Source of the DNA: Monosiga brevicollis MX1
Taxonomy: Eukaryota
Reading direction: 5' to 3'
NCBI RefSeq assembly: GCF_000002865.3
Contig: NW_001865042.1
Span: 906,914 to 970,913, forward strand
DNA: 64,000 nt
The position numbers were made by a program, and so were the translations under genes. The notes beneath the pieces are model-generated. The model saw nothing but the letters and a program-made list of their open reading frames with translations. It ran no database searches and was not told the DNA's origin. Shown here one piece after another: positions 1-13,216 of the stretch (position 1 is its first letter; the number at the start of each line of letters is the position of its first letter).

Positions 1-1274
1 TGCGTCAAGCGCTGGGCGATTGCTTTAGTCGGCAACATTGCCTCCAGCTCGCGTTTAGAACCAACGCGCTCAAACAACATGCTTCGATCAATCGGTCGCA
101 AAGCCTCGTGTACCTCGGCAGCCCACCCCTCAAGCCGCAAACGCAGGTCGGCCGCCCGCGGCAACTTATCGGCTTGGTCACGGAGCACATGCTTGAAAAG
201 CAGTTCCGCTCGTAACAGACGCGCCACACCTGATACACACAAGCCCCAGCCCGTGAGAAACCAGTGAAGGATCGAATACCACGAGGCAGTTGCGGGAACC
301 AAGCAGATCTCGCACCACTCCACTGGGCGGCGGAGGTGCTGTTGGCTGCGGCTTGCGCATCGCTGAGTTGCTCGAGTCCCGTCCAAAAGTCAGCCAGGGC
401 CTCATACATGACCGCCTTGATTTGACACAAGACTTGCCAGGATGGGGGAAGATAGCCTGGAAATATGCAACATGAGGCAGCAGCAAGCATGTACCATCCT
501 TTTCAAAAGCATAAACGAAGCGAGCACGTCCGCATGAACGTACCGTGCAAGAGATTGGCCGACAGTTTGTTGGATACGTGCAGCATCATATCCGCCACAG
601 TCGCCGCCTCCCCGGGCGCCAATCTTCAGAAGAGGTAAGAAAAGAAGGAAGGGGGTTCCCATTGCATGGTCAGCACGTTGTTGATTTTCTGACACTGCAA
701 CGGATTAGGGCAAGCTGAGGGCAGACCTTACATACCGAGGTCGAACAGCGAGCTGTTGCAACAACAAACACTCTTGAGCCTGAGCCAGGCAGAGTGCTCC
801 GATCACGCGCAAGGTGACGGGTGCGAGGTCAGCACTATCTCGCAAATTGTACTCCTCAGCCACAAATTGCACCAACCCCGCCGCACGCTCAAAATAGGCA
901 GCAGCCCGGCCACACTCCTACCACAGCAAGCCAGATGCTTGAGATGGGGCTCAAAAATACAACCATTCTCAACGACTTGGCCATACCGATACCACATTGA
1001 AGCACACCGGCAACAAGATCTCCTGCCACATGCAAACGACCAACCTCAGCCACTGTCAAATCACAAGCAACTGCCAAGTGGGTGCTCAAACTAGCGGCGT
1101 TGAAGAGGGTGGCAGCTGCTTCGAGGGCAACAGCCGAGGACGAGCTGGGCTGGCCGTTGAAGCAATCATACCTAAGCCATGGCAACCACCGATGCGGCAA
1201 ATATTCAGGCGTGAGGATGGAGGGGCTAGTCCTCGTCCAGAAGGCCACTGTCCGGCGAAGGGCCAGAACTCGAA

Positions 1275-1309
<35 letters not shown>

Positions 1310-3418
1310 CGATGCAAATATCAGGAGTGACATGAATTCAAGAACCGAGTGGCCGCACCATTGAAAGGTCACGCCCGGAAGCGTGCGTCCGTCAAAAGTC
1401 AGCCGAGTTTGAAGTCCACGAAGATATTGAAAATATCGAAGATGTGCATAGAGGCTCTCATCGCTCCGCGTGTGTTCGCGCACAAACTTGCGTGTCGTCA
1501 GCAATTGCTCCTGCACGCCAGCCGTCAAGGAAGAAGTCACACCAAAGTGGTGGTGAATCACTTCCATAAGTTGTGCCTGCGAGGATGCCAGACATCAATC
1601 ACACCAAGGGACAGGTGCAAGGATCAAGCCATGAGCAAGAATGGACGTGCACTTGACCGGGCACGAGCTGCATAAACGTGTTCACAATTACGACAAGGGC
1701 TAGGCAATCGCACCTCGACAGTATAGCCACCAGTCTCCTTCAGACCAAGCGCCACCATTGGCCAGGCTGGCGCTCTGTCAGCCTCAGGGGCTTGTGTTTT
1801 TGTGGCATGTAGACTCTTATGTGCCAAATGAACACTGCGGCGCACATTGGCTTGCATCTACAGCAGGCAAGGCCATGGCAAAAACATGACCACCAACATT
1901 TCATTCAGCAGTCGGAGCGTGGCCATGCACTGCGTGGGGGGAGGGGACGTAGAGGGTCGAGCAACCAACGCGATCGTTGAGCTGATGAAGCTCAGTGCGT
2001 AGGCGTTGCAAATTAGAATTGGCAAAGGCAAGGGTGACGGCAACTTCTTCCTCTTGGGGCTGCAATCGCTTCCGCTCGCGCTTGGAGGCACGGTGAAATG
2101 TCTATTCATGCCCAACCATGGGACGCACATCATGATTCAGGGGACACGTGATGTCTCATAATGGGCGTGAGCATTCGCGACTACGTACACGCAAGAGTTT
2201 GGTCGCGCCTTCACGGAGCCGCAGCTCTTTTTCTATGGCAGCATTGAGCTCATTGCGACGGGTTTGGACCAGCTGGGTCACTGTATTGCGGCGCAAGAGT
2301 GGGGGTGGCACTTCAGGCGCCGAGCTTTTGGGTGCCGCGTCCTTTGTTGCGTCACTTGAGAAGTGACTAGCGTTGTGTGGGGACGTGAGGGCGACATAAT
2401 TGCTGGGAAACCAGCCACTGGCACCAGGTGTGCCCGTTAACTCGGTTGGCACCGATGTTCCAGCGCGGCTGTCGGCAATGGCCCGACCATACCACCAGCC
2501 CCCATCGGGACGTTTCAAAATCAATACGCAAAGCCCTGGTTGCAGCGCCAGCTCGTCCTACCGACAGTCAACGAAAGAAGAAGGCGGGTAGTAGAATGAA
2601 TGCGTGTGACAAACAATGGGAGCAGAGGCGAGTCAAGGTCGACTGCTCAAAGGCGCGGAGGAGAGACGGCAATCGGCCCCAACCTCGTGAGTCGGAGCAA
2701 AGGCAAATGTCGCGCGCGCAAAGGGCTGCTGCAACGGGGGCGCTTGAGAATCCGCGGGTGGTGAGGCAGTATTGGCGCGCACACCTGCAAGCGCCACGGT
2801 TACGAGAGGTGGGTCACTCTGTTTGGTGACGTCATTCAGCGAGTCGGTGTGCCAGGCTGCATCTTCGTGATCGCTGTCAGAATCAAACGCGGCCTCATCG
2901 GATTCACCAATATGGGCAAGCGGCTGTGAAACAGGGTCGGGTACATCGAGGACACCGGCCACGTTCAAGGATTGGCTGGACGTGGAGCTCAACAAGACCG
3001 GACGCGAGACCAGGCCCGTGGAGGTGCGGTCGTCGGCGGTCTGCTTGAGCGCCAATGACTGTGACTGCGAGGCATGGGTGGCTCCTGAAACGTAAGCACT
3101 TGGACACCATCCCTCGGTCTTGCGGGAGAGATTCTTGACTTGAACCCAGCCATTGCCGGGCGTTGCAAGGATTTCGAGCTGATCTCCCTCTTTAAGGCGG
3201 ACTTGATGTTTCTTGCCCTTTTTGTAATTGAAAAGCGCCTGGCGACGCTGGCCGGCGAATGCCACAGCCTCGGGCGTGCTCAGCTCGGGAATCTGTAAAA
3301 AGTGCGGTCGAGTGTCAAAGGGGGGGACGGTGAGTGGCTGTGCAAAAGAGGGACCTGGAACCTATGAGCGCGACTATGACATGTACGGCAGTGGACCGAC
3401 CGAAGCGGGTCGGTTCAT
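1..3418 (-). CDS. RHPN: Rhophilin-like protein (SH3-SH3-HR1-BRO1), multi-exon, 3' end runs off the window
   Basis: SH3 #1: RRQALFNY..LKEGDQLEIL..GWVQV..EGWCPSAYV (~3090-3250). SH3 #2: ARATFAF..ILKRPDGGWWYG..GWFPSNYV. HR1: RRNELNAAIEKELRLREGATKLL..EEVAVTLAFANSNLQRLRTEL. Rhophilin linker: PMVALGLKET and VIHHHFG. BRO1: GVTFQW|YDCFNGQP..ALEAAATLFNAASL, YLPPSWQVLCQIKA. Start codon at 3418 is tentative. Confidence 0.8.
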
Positions 3419-4338
3419 TGTGGAGGTCGAGAAGCTAGCCGGGCACGCTTCCAGCTCGAGCCAAGACCGTAGGCTTCCTAGCCAACGAGCCAAAGGCCAA
3501 GGATCGTACAAGGCCCACCCGGATCTCTGCAAGCCGGTGCTGAGTATCACCTGCTCCGTGCCTCAATAACGTGGCGTTGACGAGCGTGTTTGGTGCCTCT
3601 CAGGCGGCGGGAGCTGAGGTTGTTGTTTTGGTCCAGAGTTCAAACCAGCTGGCGGGCCAGCTTAACAGGTTTCTACGTGCTCAGTACAGCTATTCCAAAT
3701 GCAGGATCCTGCAGCTGGGCGAGCCGTGATAGCAGTGGCTACACGACCCCTGGGTGGGAGCGGGCACAGATGGAAATGCACGAGCGAGCGCAGCGCACTG
3801 CCCTCCCCCAACGAACATCACACACAGCGAATGACGTTGTTGACTTGTTCACTTATTGCTGACAACACGTCAAACGACTTGTCGGTACATTGCTGCATGA
3901 ACCCGCTCACAAACTACGATAACATGTAATTTTAAGTAAATAACTAACATTATCGGTGTATTGGGTTCGACAATAACTCTACATATTACTGCGTTTGTTC
4001 CCGACATCTCGACGACAACAAGCGCTTGGCTTCGCCAACCGCTTCAGCTTGATCCAACGTCAACTTGACGCACCCAATGAAACGATTGCATGAAGGCAAG
4101 CCGATCAAGAGCGAGATGCGGTCGTCCCCCATCTTCCTTCCTGTTATGGGTGTTTGGCTTGTTCTCTAGTTCTGTGGCCCGGACTTCTCAGATGTGATGG
4201 TGGATTGATAGACAGGGTGACTGGGTCGTAAGGCAGGCGTTGCACGAGATGATGTACCGTGAAGCTTTGATCAATTGAGTCGGCCAAGAACGGTTTTGCC
4301 ATGATCCTCTCGAGCATGTACCGCAGCCCGACCGCCCC

Positions 4339-6060
4339 TCACCGCTTACTAAGGCCTCCCGAGTCGTAGCTGTGGCTCGTCGATTGGATATAGTGACGGT
4401 GGCGCCGAATGCGGTCCCCAAGATGGGCTGTGGCTTCTGAAGACCATGAGGTCTTGCTCATCTCTTGGATAAACTTGGCTCCGTCACCCTCCGTGCCGTC
4501 CTCCACCTCGCGAGGCTGCAGGGCTGCGGCCTCCTCCTCCCGCAGCGACTGTTCGTAGCGATCTACGCGCTCCTTGCGGCCTTTTTGATGCCATTCGGCG
4601 TTGGACATCATGGCTTTGAGGCGTGCGGCATCGCGCTCAGCCTGATCGTCTACCTTTGGTGGCGCCGTGCGGGCTGGAGCTGGGGCAGGTCCGGGACCGG
4701 GGGCAGGTCTATCGTGGTGCCGGGGCGGTGAAACTCCTTCGCGACGACGGTCGGCAAAACGCTGACGCGGCGGTGACCGCGACCGATAGCGACGAGGGGG
4801 TGACCGGGAGCGCGACCGATAGCGGCGAGGGGGTGACCGATAGCGACGGGGTGGTGATCGAGACCGCGACCGCGATCGTGAGCGATAGCGGCGAGCCGGT
4901 CCCCTGCCATCCCGGTTTGACGGGCCGCGACGATCGTCGTCGCGCTCATGGTGTGCTCGTTCCGCACGGTAAGAATCTGCGTCTCGACCTCGCGCCGGCT
5001 CATCGCGGGCTCCCCGCCCGACCGTATCTCTACGGTCGGCGCGAGGTGCGTGTTCGTGCGCATGGCGGTGCTCGCCTTCGGGGCGTGTTGAGGCACGGTG
5101 ACTGCCCTCTGCCTCGTCAGTATCGTCCTCACCCTCATGGCGGTGGTGCTTGTGCTTCTTGCTCTTCTTCTTCTCCTTCTTCTCNNNNNNNNNNNNNNNN
5201 NNNNNNNNNNNNNNNNNNNNNNNNNNNNNNNNNNNNNNNNNNNNNNNNNNNNNNNNNNNNNNNNNNNNNNNNNNNNNNNNNNNNNNNNNNNNNGACCTGC
5301 CCCACCTGGCTCACCTGCCATGCCACCACGCCCCAATCGTCAAACGTCAAAAGCCAGCGTTCTGCAGCAAAGCACACATGCGTGCCCGTGCACACCAAGC
5401 AAACAGGCCAGCACACCATAAACTTACCATTTGATCTTCGTCATCCTTGGTATTGAGCAACACGGTCTTATCCACAGGTTTGCCCAACAGATACTCGTCG
5501 CGATTATCGGCTGCTCCCATGGCGCCCGCATACATCCACTCGACTTTCTCCTCGCGTTTGCTACACATTCACATCGATCCGGTCCCCACCAACCACAACA
5601 CGCGCGATACACAAGCACAAGGGAAGAGCAAAATTTCATGTGAGCCCAAAAGTTCATTGGCTCTCCAACACCTGCAGCGGGCAACTCATGCACAAAAAGC
5701 ACAGAGACCCAATGCCCTTTGGTTGATCGCCCAGCCGCGTACCGGTGACCCGAGTCTTCAGCCATGCGTGACAGCTCCTCCCGCGCACGCTCCTCCTCGA
5801 GCTCCTTTTGTAGTTGCTGTGTCTTGCTCTTTTCCGCGAGCATCTTCTGTTCGGCGATCCATACTTTCTCAATGTTGGCCCGCGTGTGCGGATGCCAGCT
5901 CTTCTTGAAGTTCTATCCTCGCCGTTCACACCCAGACCATGGGGTGAGTGTGCCTCGATGCAATCAAGCCAAGCAATTTGGCAGACTCACAACCTTGACC
6001 CTGTCAAGAACCCAAAATCCAGCCCCTTGATTGCCAGCTTACCAAGTCGCCGCCGCCCAT
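4339..6060 (-). CDS. CWC25: Pre-mRNA splicing factor CWC25 (multi-exon, spans assembly gap)
   Basis: Exon 1 MGGGDL|gtaag, then N(F)KKSWHPHTRANIEKVWIAEQK..LEEERAREEL and KREEKVEWMYAG..NRDEYLLGKPVDK. Arg/Ser-rich middle. C-terminus MMSNAEWH..DRIRRHRHYIQ. Confidence 0.93.
5185..5293. other. Assembly gap (109 N)
   Basis: Run of n inside CWC25. Confidence 1.
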
Positions 6061-6251
6061 GATGCCGGTTAACCAAAATCAAAAGGCCGCCAGCCACCCC
6101 GATCCACCCGTCTCTTGATCACACCAGCCCCCTTTGACTCCCCCGCCTCAGCGTCAAATCGGCACGCCGCCTGCAACTGTCCAAGCGTCGCTCCGCTGGC
6201 CGTGAGCTCCTCGAAAAAAAGGGAAAATTTGGTGCAAAACGACAGTCGACG

Positions 6252-6289
6252 CTCTCTCTCTCTCTCTCTCTCTTTTTCTCCTCTCTCTC
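6252..6289. repeat. (CT)n microsatellite between divergent CWC25 and DBF4; (AC)n follows at 6417-6440
   Basis: Seen directly. Confidence 0.95.
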
Positions 6290-7120
6290 GCATCTCCTTG
6301 GCATTCATAGTGTGATAGATATCGCACTCAATATACTCCTCCTAATTTGATTATTATACTTCCTGAGCACAGTTCAGTGTCTTTTGTTCTCTTTGTTCTC
6401 TTCAAGTTGCAAAGCAACACACACACACACACACACACACGCGCGCGCTTTCTGCTTCTTTTTTTGTAACTGACACCCAGACGACGATTCGACGAGGAGC
6501 TGCGACGACGGCGTCACCATCTGCAACATTGGTTTGAGTGATCGAGGGACGGGTTAGGTCTGGGAGGAGGTCCCGTGCTTGAGGCGATCCTAGGACTGCT
6601 GCCAGACAAGCTTGATTCAACCCAATCGCATAAGCAGCGACAGGCAGTTTCGCCAAGCAAGAAGAAATTTCTCCAGCTTCACTTTCGGCAGTCGCTGGCC
6701 CAGGTCGACGAGACGCCACTCGAGACTTGGGCTGCTGTTACCATTCAATTTCTAGCTGAAGCGTACCTTTCATTGACCCGATATACCTGTGAGCCTTTGC
6801 TACCCAAGCCTACTGTTCGGTTCCCCGATCAAGCATCCACTCGCATCCTCGCCTCTGCTCTCCCGTGGGAGAACGTCCGTTCGGGGGAGCCTGGGAAGGC
6901 ACAGGAAGACTGAGCCTGGCCCGGGTTGCAAAGCGGCGTCTGCGCGGCCGAATGAGCTGGCAGGCACCTTTCCACGCTGGTGTTGGGTTGTGGTACTGCC
7001 TCAACCTGCAGGATCACGAGCATACTTGTGTGGATGATTCAGCCGCTTTGGCTCCGTTCCGAGCGTCGTGATGGGTGGTGATTAAAGGACGTCTTTGCCC
7101 CCCCGCTTCATCCCGCCGTC

Positions 7121-10100
7121 ATGCCGCCCAGTAAAGAGCACCGCGCGCGAGCCACCGCAACACGGCCCACCAAGACGACCAAGTCTGCTGCCAAATCTGC
7201 ATCTAGGTCCACCAAGACTGCCAAACTCCCTCGTTTCGGCCCTTACCATGACAAGCGCGTTTTTTTCGCTTTCATTGTACCGCCAAACCTCCAAGAACGG
7301 CTACAACATGCCGTGGCACAAGCGGGTGCCGACCTTCGGGTGCGAACTTGTGGCCCTCGACCGCGGCTACGCCGTCTCTCTTCTTGTTGACCTCTGTTCC
7401 CCATGCTTCTGCTCATAATCTTCCTCTCAGTGGTTTTTTTTTTTTTTTTTTAATTTTTTTTTTTGTGACTCTTGGGTCTTTGTGTCTGATGTTCCTCCCC
7501 ATTGCTATCCTGGTCCCCCGCCCTTCTGTATGGTGGCTGTCGATAACTTTGTATTCGTGTACCCATGCTCATCACAAGCCCTCTTTTTTTTTGCTTCTGC
7601 TTCCTTCATCGCAGAGCAAGCGAGAGGACGCACACATTGTGGTTGTGCGTGATGAAGACGTTTCTGTGAACCGTGGAGGGCACCGTCCCGGCTCCAAGCA
7701 CGATAATACGTCCGTGTCCTTGATTTTTGCCTTGGACTCTTCGCTTTGACCCTTCTGTCTCCCCGCTAGCTTCTGATCTGTTAAAGTGCTCACAAGCAAC
7801 ACCCATCTGCTTCAAAACCCGTGCTTCGTCGCCATATCGCAGTGATGCAGGGGCTTCTGGCCAGCTGGGCAGCAACTACGCACACCGCATGCTCAAAGCC
7901 GTCCGTGAAACAGGCGTGCGTGCCTCTGAAAGAAACGCCGCCAGTACTCGCGCGGCTCTTTCAGCTCTGACCTCAGCCCCGATCGCTGGCACGAGCGCCA
8001 CCTCCATTGCAACGAGCACTTTGACTGTGACATCCTCCACGGGTCGCCGTCAAGAAATTGTCTGTGTTTCTGACTTTTGTGCGAACCTCGGTCTACCAAC
8101 TACCTCGCGCCTCGCCCAAAAGCTGAGGCAACCACTGGAGCACCTGAAATCCACCGAATCAAACCCTGCGCCTCGTGCCAGCGGCGCCAGGATTCTGGTT
8201 CGTGCTCATGGTCTGCATTTACGTGACAAACGCATTGCCACGCCTCCTCACCACACGCGGGGCTGACATTGATATAGACTTTTCAACACCCATTTTTCAA
8301 AGTTGATGATCCATACTACAAGCAGTTTTACAAAGAGTTTCCCAAGCACTTCCCGGCTCTCAACTTTGATACTGGTAAGTGGACCAACTCTGGCTACCTC
8401 CTGGCCTCTTACCGTGTTTTTTGTCATGGCACCTTTTAAGGACGCTGGTTTACTTGGTTCCGATTTGCCACCCACGCACGTGCACCGGCCATGGTTCCTT
8501 GTTTTACTCGTCGACTTTTCCTAATGGCCGTTCCCTTTTTGACTGGCTCCCGATGAATTCTCATGTATAGACGAAGGCAGTCCTTTTAGCCGCTCTCGCC
8601 GAAAGCGCGTAGGTCATCTTTTGTTGTTTTCTCTTCATCTCTCGCACATGCGCCCCCTTTCTCGAGCGCCCCGTGTGTCTGTGTGATTGTGTGATCTTTG
8701 CTCTTGTCTTGGGGTACAACCTTGCTGATGCCCTCATGTGCCGGCCTTCTGTTGATCTTCAGCGCAAAGCTTCGCTGAAGCACCGCAGTCTTCCAAAACC
8801 TGCAGAGGCAACTGGCTATTGCGAATGCTGCCGCCTCACCTATCACAGTGGTCTACGAGCACATCTCAAGGACTCCACTCACCTTGCCAACCTTGAAAAC
8901 GTACGCCTTGATGTATTTTAAATTCCATGCTAGAATCAACCGCATACATCTTTGACTGAATACTCGCCCACGCTCACACTTCGGATGACATCACGCAGGA
9001 ACGCATGTGGGAACCATGTACCGCCTGGCTTGACATGTATCACCCAAGCTTTGTTTTTCGGACGAGCCCGCCAAGTGAAACCTCGACCATCGAGGCCCCG
9101 AGCCACAGCGACCATCAAGAGACCTCTTCTCTATTCCCAGAGAGGGATGACGATTTACCCATGCCCACGTACCGTGAGCGCCTGCTTTCCCCTGAACGAC
9201 CCCAGTCTCCCCCACCCACGGCCATCGCTGACTCCATTGCCGCCCAAGACAAGAGTGAGACCATCCATGCAGAGCTTGAGCAGGGCGGCTCAGTCCCAGA
9301 TGCCGTACAGCCACAAACATCTCGGCATGCTTTGCGCACTGTGCCTGGCTCGCCTAGCGTTACCCCAACAACAGCACCTGATGCGGTTGTTGAGGTACCA
9401 CGTCGGTCGCGCCGCGTGTTGCACGCATGTACAGCCAAGCGGTCCGCTTCAGCGCACTCGGATGATCAGCTCGCGCCCAGGGCGTCCCAAGAAGCTCCAA
9501 CGCAGCTCTCAAACACTCAAGTGAACAAGGAGCCCATGGCACCATCAAAAACCATACCTACATCGCCCTCTACAAGTGAACACTTGGACAATGGGCCTTC
9601 ACCTATTCTCTCGGCAAGGTCTCCCTCACCCAACCCACCCCGCCGGATCACCCGCCGCATGTCTCTGCGCTCCGACTCTAGCAAGACGACGAACCAGCGG
9701 GGACGTCGGCACAGCTCGTCAGAAGTTGAGCTCAGCGTGCCCGTTGCCATGGGCCTGCCATTGCTGCCCACCGTTACCCCTGCACTGGGATCGGACAAGA
9801 CGATAGAAGCGTGCGACCGCAAGCCGCCACCCCGACACAGCCAGCGCTCTCGGGCACGACACTCGCCTCTGAAGCAGGTGGATGCGGATGCGCTCGAGCT
9901 GGCCACAACGTGCAAGCATGAACACCATGAAGATGGAGGTGATGTGACCCACGACCTTAACACCCTGAATGACGCTCACAACAACACCTCGCCAACGCCA
10001 ATCGTCCCAGCCAACCCAGTAAAAAAGCCCACTGTTGCACAAGAACCAGCATCAGCAGCTCAACCCGGCGTGTCACCCGTGGAAGCGCAGTTGCACCAAG

Positions 10101-11647
10101 AGCAGGCGACGGAAATCATGCCCACGGCGACGACAGCTGATCTCGATGAGCCAACACCAAAGCGTTCAGAGGAAACCACACTTCACCGCCGCTTAACCAA
10201 GCCGCCTCCCAGTACTGGTGCTGAACAGAGCAACACGAAACTAGGCGAAGCTGCCCTGCCCAGTGTGCACACACAGCCCCCGTCGCCCGTCGACCCTGCG
10301 CAGGCGACGATACATCCAGTCGCGTGCCAAGCTACCAATGATGAGGTGAGTGAGGTGGCCCTGTTAGCTGGCGCCATCGCCCCTCCCCCACCGGGAAAAG
10401 AAGAGGATGATCAAGCCCAAGACACCGAAAGGAGCAGAGAAGATCCCGAAGAGGTGGACCCAAATGATCCGACATCGATCTGTACCAGCCCAGGTGGTCC
10501 TAATGGCTACACCAGCGCTTCTGCCATTGAAATCTTAAATCCCTTACCCGCAGGGCCTCGTCGCCCTCCGACTGCGCTTCATGACCGAGGTTCGGGTACG
10601 ATCGCGCAAGATGTTCCAAAGAGCCCTTTAGCCCAAACTCCAGTGCAACCCAAGGCGACGATCGGGATGGCCCCCGAAGGTTCGCCTAGCCAAGCGTCAG
10701 GAGTGGAGCAACTCTCCCCTTTTTCATCACCTGCTCCTACTGCTGTTCACAAGGCAAACCGGCGCACCACGTCAGCTTCCAAGGGTGGCTTACGACCCGT
10801 CCGGGCTCCTCCCGCCCCAGTACCCATGTCCATGTCTCTGTCACCCATGTCCTCGCCCAGTTTTCGTGGCTCTCTGAAGCACGGGTCTCCTGTGCCTGTG
10901 CCCGTACCCGTGCCTGTACCCATACCGGGGAGTTTGCATGGTGCTCAAGCACCAAGACCTTCGAATCAAACGCAAGCCTTTGCTCGCCGCCAGCACCCGC
11001 ATTCTTCTGTGTCGGCACGCGCGCAAGACCGACCGTCTCTAGCCCAGGCGTTTGCGAACCCGTCACCGAGCCCTCGACGGAGCCCTCGACGGAGCCTGCG
11101 TCGTCCAACAGGGCCCAACACCAGTACTGGTGTGGCAACCGATAGCCGGACCGCCACGGCGGGCACCATTACCACCCCACGCACTCGTCGTAGCCTGGCC
11201 ATGGTGTCTGAGTATACATCACCCGTGGCGGGTATACCTTCGAAACAAGTTTTGCCGGTGGCACCTGGATCGGCCAGCCGTCAGCTCCCCGACTTTCCTG
11301 GTGCGAAACGCGCGAAACGAACCAGCCCTGCTGGCAGCGCACCAGAGGCTTTGAACAACAACACCACAGATATACACCGCTTGCGTGTAGACAAAGTTTC
11401 GCCTGGCCACCACGGTCCTCAACTTCGGCCATCGCCTCCATCAAGCAGCATTTCAGCTTCGCACTCAACGACCGTGGATCGCGATGCGCAGTCGCTATCC
11501 ACAAACGCTGATTTGGCTTCGTCGCTCAGTGTGACGACTGCATCAGCCAGTCAACCCCTTCGAAAACGCTTTTTGCGGCAAACGGCGACCAACGCCTCCA
11601 CACCAGTCTCGGCTGCCAGCAAGCGCCTTGAAGTCCTTTCTGGGTAG
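7121..11647 (+). CDS. DBF4: DBF4/ASK-like regulatory subunit of Cdc7 kinase (multi-exon, long disordered C-terminal exon)
   Basis: BRCT/motif-N-like PYHDKRVFF..LQHAVAQAGA. Motif-M-like DDPYYKQFYKEFPKHFPALNF (~8305-8370). DBF zinc finger GYCECCRLTYHSGLRAHLKDSTH (~8814-8882). Then the 880-aa P/S/T-rich ORF 9005-11647. Confidence 0.78.
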
Positions 11648-12397
11648 GTACTTTTTTTTATTTCTCGACGTGTGACGGTGGGAGAAGTGCTTCATGTCTT
11701 GGGTGCTGGACAGGCAAGTTTCTCACCCCTTCTTGGCCGTGTCATATGCTCGGGCTTGAACTAGACTAACACCACGGGCTGATTTGCTCGCTGGCACATC
11801 AACAAGCCACAACGTGAGTGGAGTCACCCATCGCCCCCTGCACCAGCCTTGTCTGATTCCCTTCTTCTTGTCGCTTGAAACTCGCCGATTGTCTTCATGA
11901 TTTGCAGTGCATGTCTGCCATCACCTCATTTTCGCGGGTGCTTTGCGGCGCAAACGTGCTCTAGGACTCGCTCTATGATTTTCCTCTGGAGAACCCTGAA
12001 TTCGATTTTGCATAGCTAGAATTACCCTTGCTGCACCGCGCTGTGCGCGTCAGCACCGATCCCGATAACCTCGTGCCCTCCCTGCATTGCCCTTTGCTTG
12101 CAGTGGCTGATTGTTGTCTTGTTTTGCTTTGTTTTGGTGCCTGTGTGTGAATGCTTTCCAGACCCGTGCTTCATTGAACCCTGATGCAAATGAGCCCGTT
12201 GGCTTTCCGTCCCAGGGTGCCCGAGACAAATCCAAGTGCGGAAGAAGCAGGGAGGAAAAGGGAATGTTGAAGGTCTTAAGCGTCGATGATCTGATCTACA
12301 ATTCGCTTAAGACGGCACGCCGCAACAGCAAGGCCCCACAAGCTGGCATGGCTTGATGAGAAGCAAGAAAGAAAGAAAAAAGATTTGAAGAGAGGCA

Positions 12398-13216
12398 TTA
12401 GCTTGTTGAACGCTGCCGGCCCTCTGCCAATGTGCGCAGCCAAGCAGAAATGTTGACTTCCTCAATCGTCTTGCCCGTGTTGTGCACGGTTGGTGGAGCA
12501 ACGGGAAGGATCTGGCTGAGGTAGAAGAGCAGGCTTACAAAGGAGGCTAGGACCGCCAGGAGTAGCTGCGTCACCTCGAGCCCGCTGTAATGACGAGTTT
12601 CGTGCTTAAGATGTTCGTGAAAGGCACAGCTCAACCGTCCGCAAATTCGCTCCACCATGGCCGCGTGCTGAGGGTGATCGGGAAAACACGTGTCAATGGT
12701 TGCTCGGCACCGCACCTGCGCCATATCGTACTGCCCGGGACTACAAGGCTGGTGAGCAAAGGCCCATAGCTCGGCGCCTTCAGAATAGGCGGCACACTGA
12801 AGCACGTCGCAGCTATCAGCCAAGCAGAGGCGACGGTCTGGGTTGGGCAGGTCGAGAAAAGTGGGCAGGTGTCGACGCGGATAATGCTGGTCCAAAAAAA
12901 CAGCATTCTCAAAGGCCTTGCCACAAAACAAGCACGCTGGCTGACCCTTGGCCGTGACGTCCGCGTCCCGATTCAGCTCGTAAAAAAGGTCGTGCTCGAC
13001 AATCCAAGGGCAGCTCTCACTTGGTGTAAGGGGTTGGAACGGGTAAAGAACTTGCTCAAGGGCGGCCATGGCGCGCCTGGATTCGGTTTGGTTGCAGCGC
13101 TGAGCGAGCTCGATAAGATCCCCCCTCACCGCAGCCTCGGGCCCCGACCCGGCACCTTGACAGACGGCACCGACCACGAGCACCAGCAGCACAGCTGCTG
13201 CGACCGTCAACGCCAT
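12398..13216 (-). CDS. Single-exon signal-peptide protein with C2H2-like motif, Cys-rich region and C-terminal TM helix (272 aa)
   Basis: Signal MALTVAAAVLLVLVVGAVCQG. Motifs CLFCGKAFENAVFLDQHYPRRH and CLADSCDVLQC. TM LLLAVLASFVSLLFYL. Resembles a family of uncharacterised plant/invertebrate C2H2-like membrane proteins (from memory). Confidence 0.8.
   Translation of the reverse strand: MALTVAAAVLLVLVVGAVCQGAGSGPEAAVRGDLIELAQRCNQTESRRAMAALEQVLYPFQPLTPSESCPWIVEHDLFYELNRDADVTAKGQPACLFCGKAFENAVFLDQHYPRRHLPTFLDLPNPDRRLCLADSCDVLQCAAYSEGAELWAFAHQPCSPGQYDMAQVRCRATIDTCFPDHPQHAAMVERICGRLSCAFHEHLKHETRHYSGLEVTQLLLAVLASFVSLLFYLSQILPVAPPTVHNTGKTIEEVNISAWLRTLAEGRQRSTS

Noticed and set aside
178..486. CIRCG..AC suggesting a C1 domain or RhoGEF
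   Set aside because: Off-frame. The other frames continue the BRO1 exons.
4623..5456. + strand ORF with TDSDEGV repeats
   Set aside because: Antisense of the Arg/Ser-rich part of CWC25.
6575..6913. 112-aa ORF upstream of DBF4
   Set aside because: GTG start and no recognisable motif. It could be UTR or an upstream exon, but I cannot support either.
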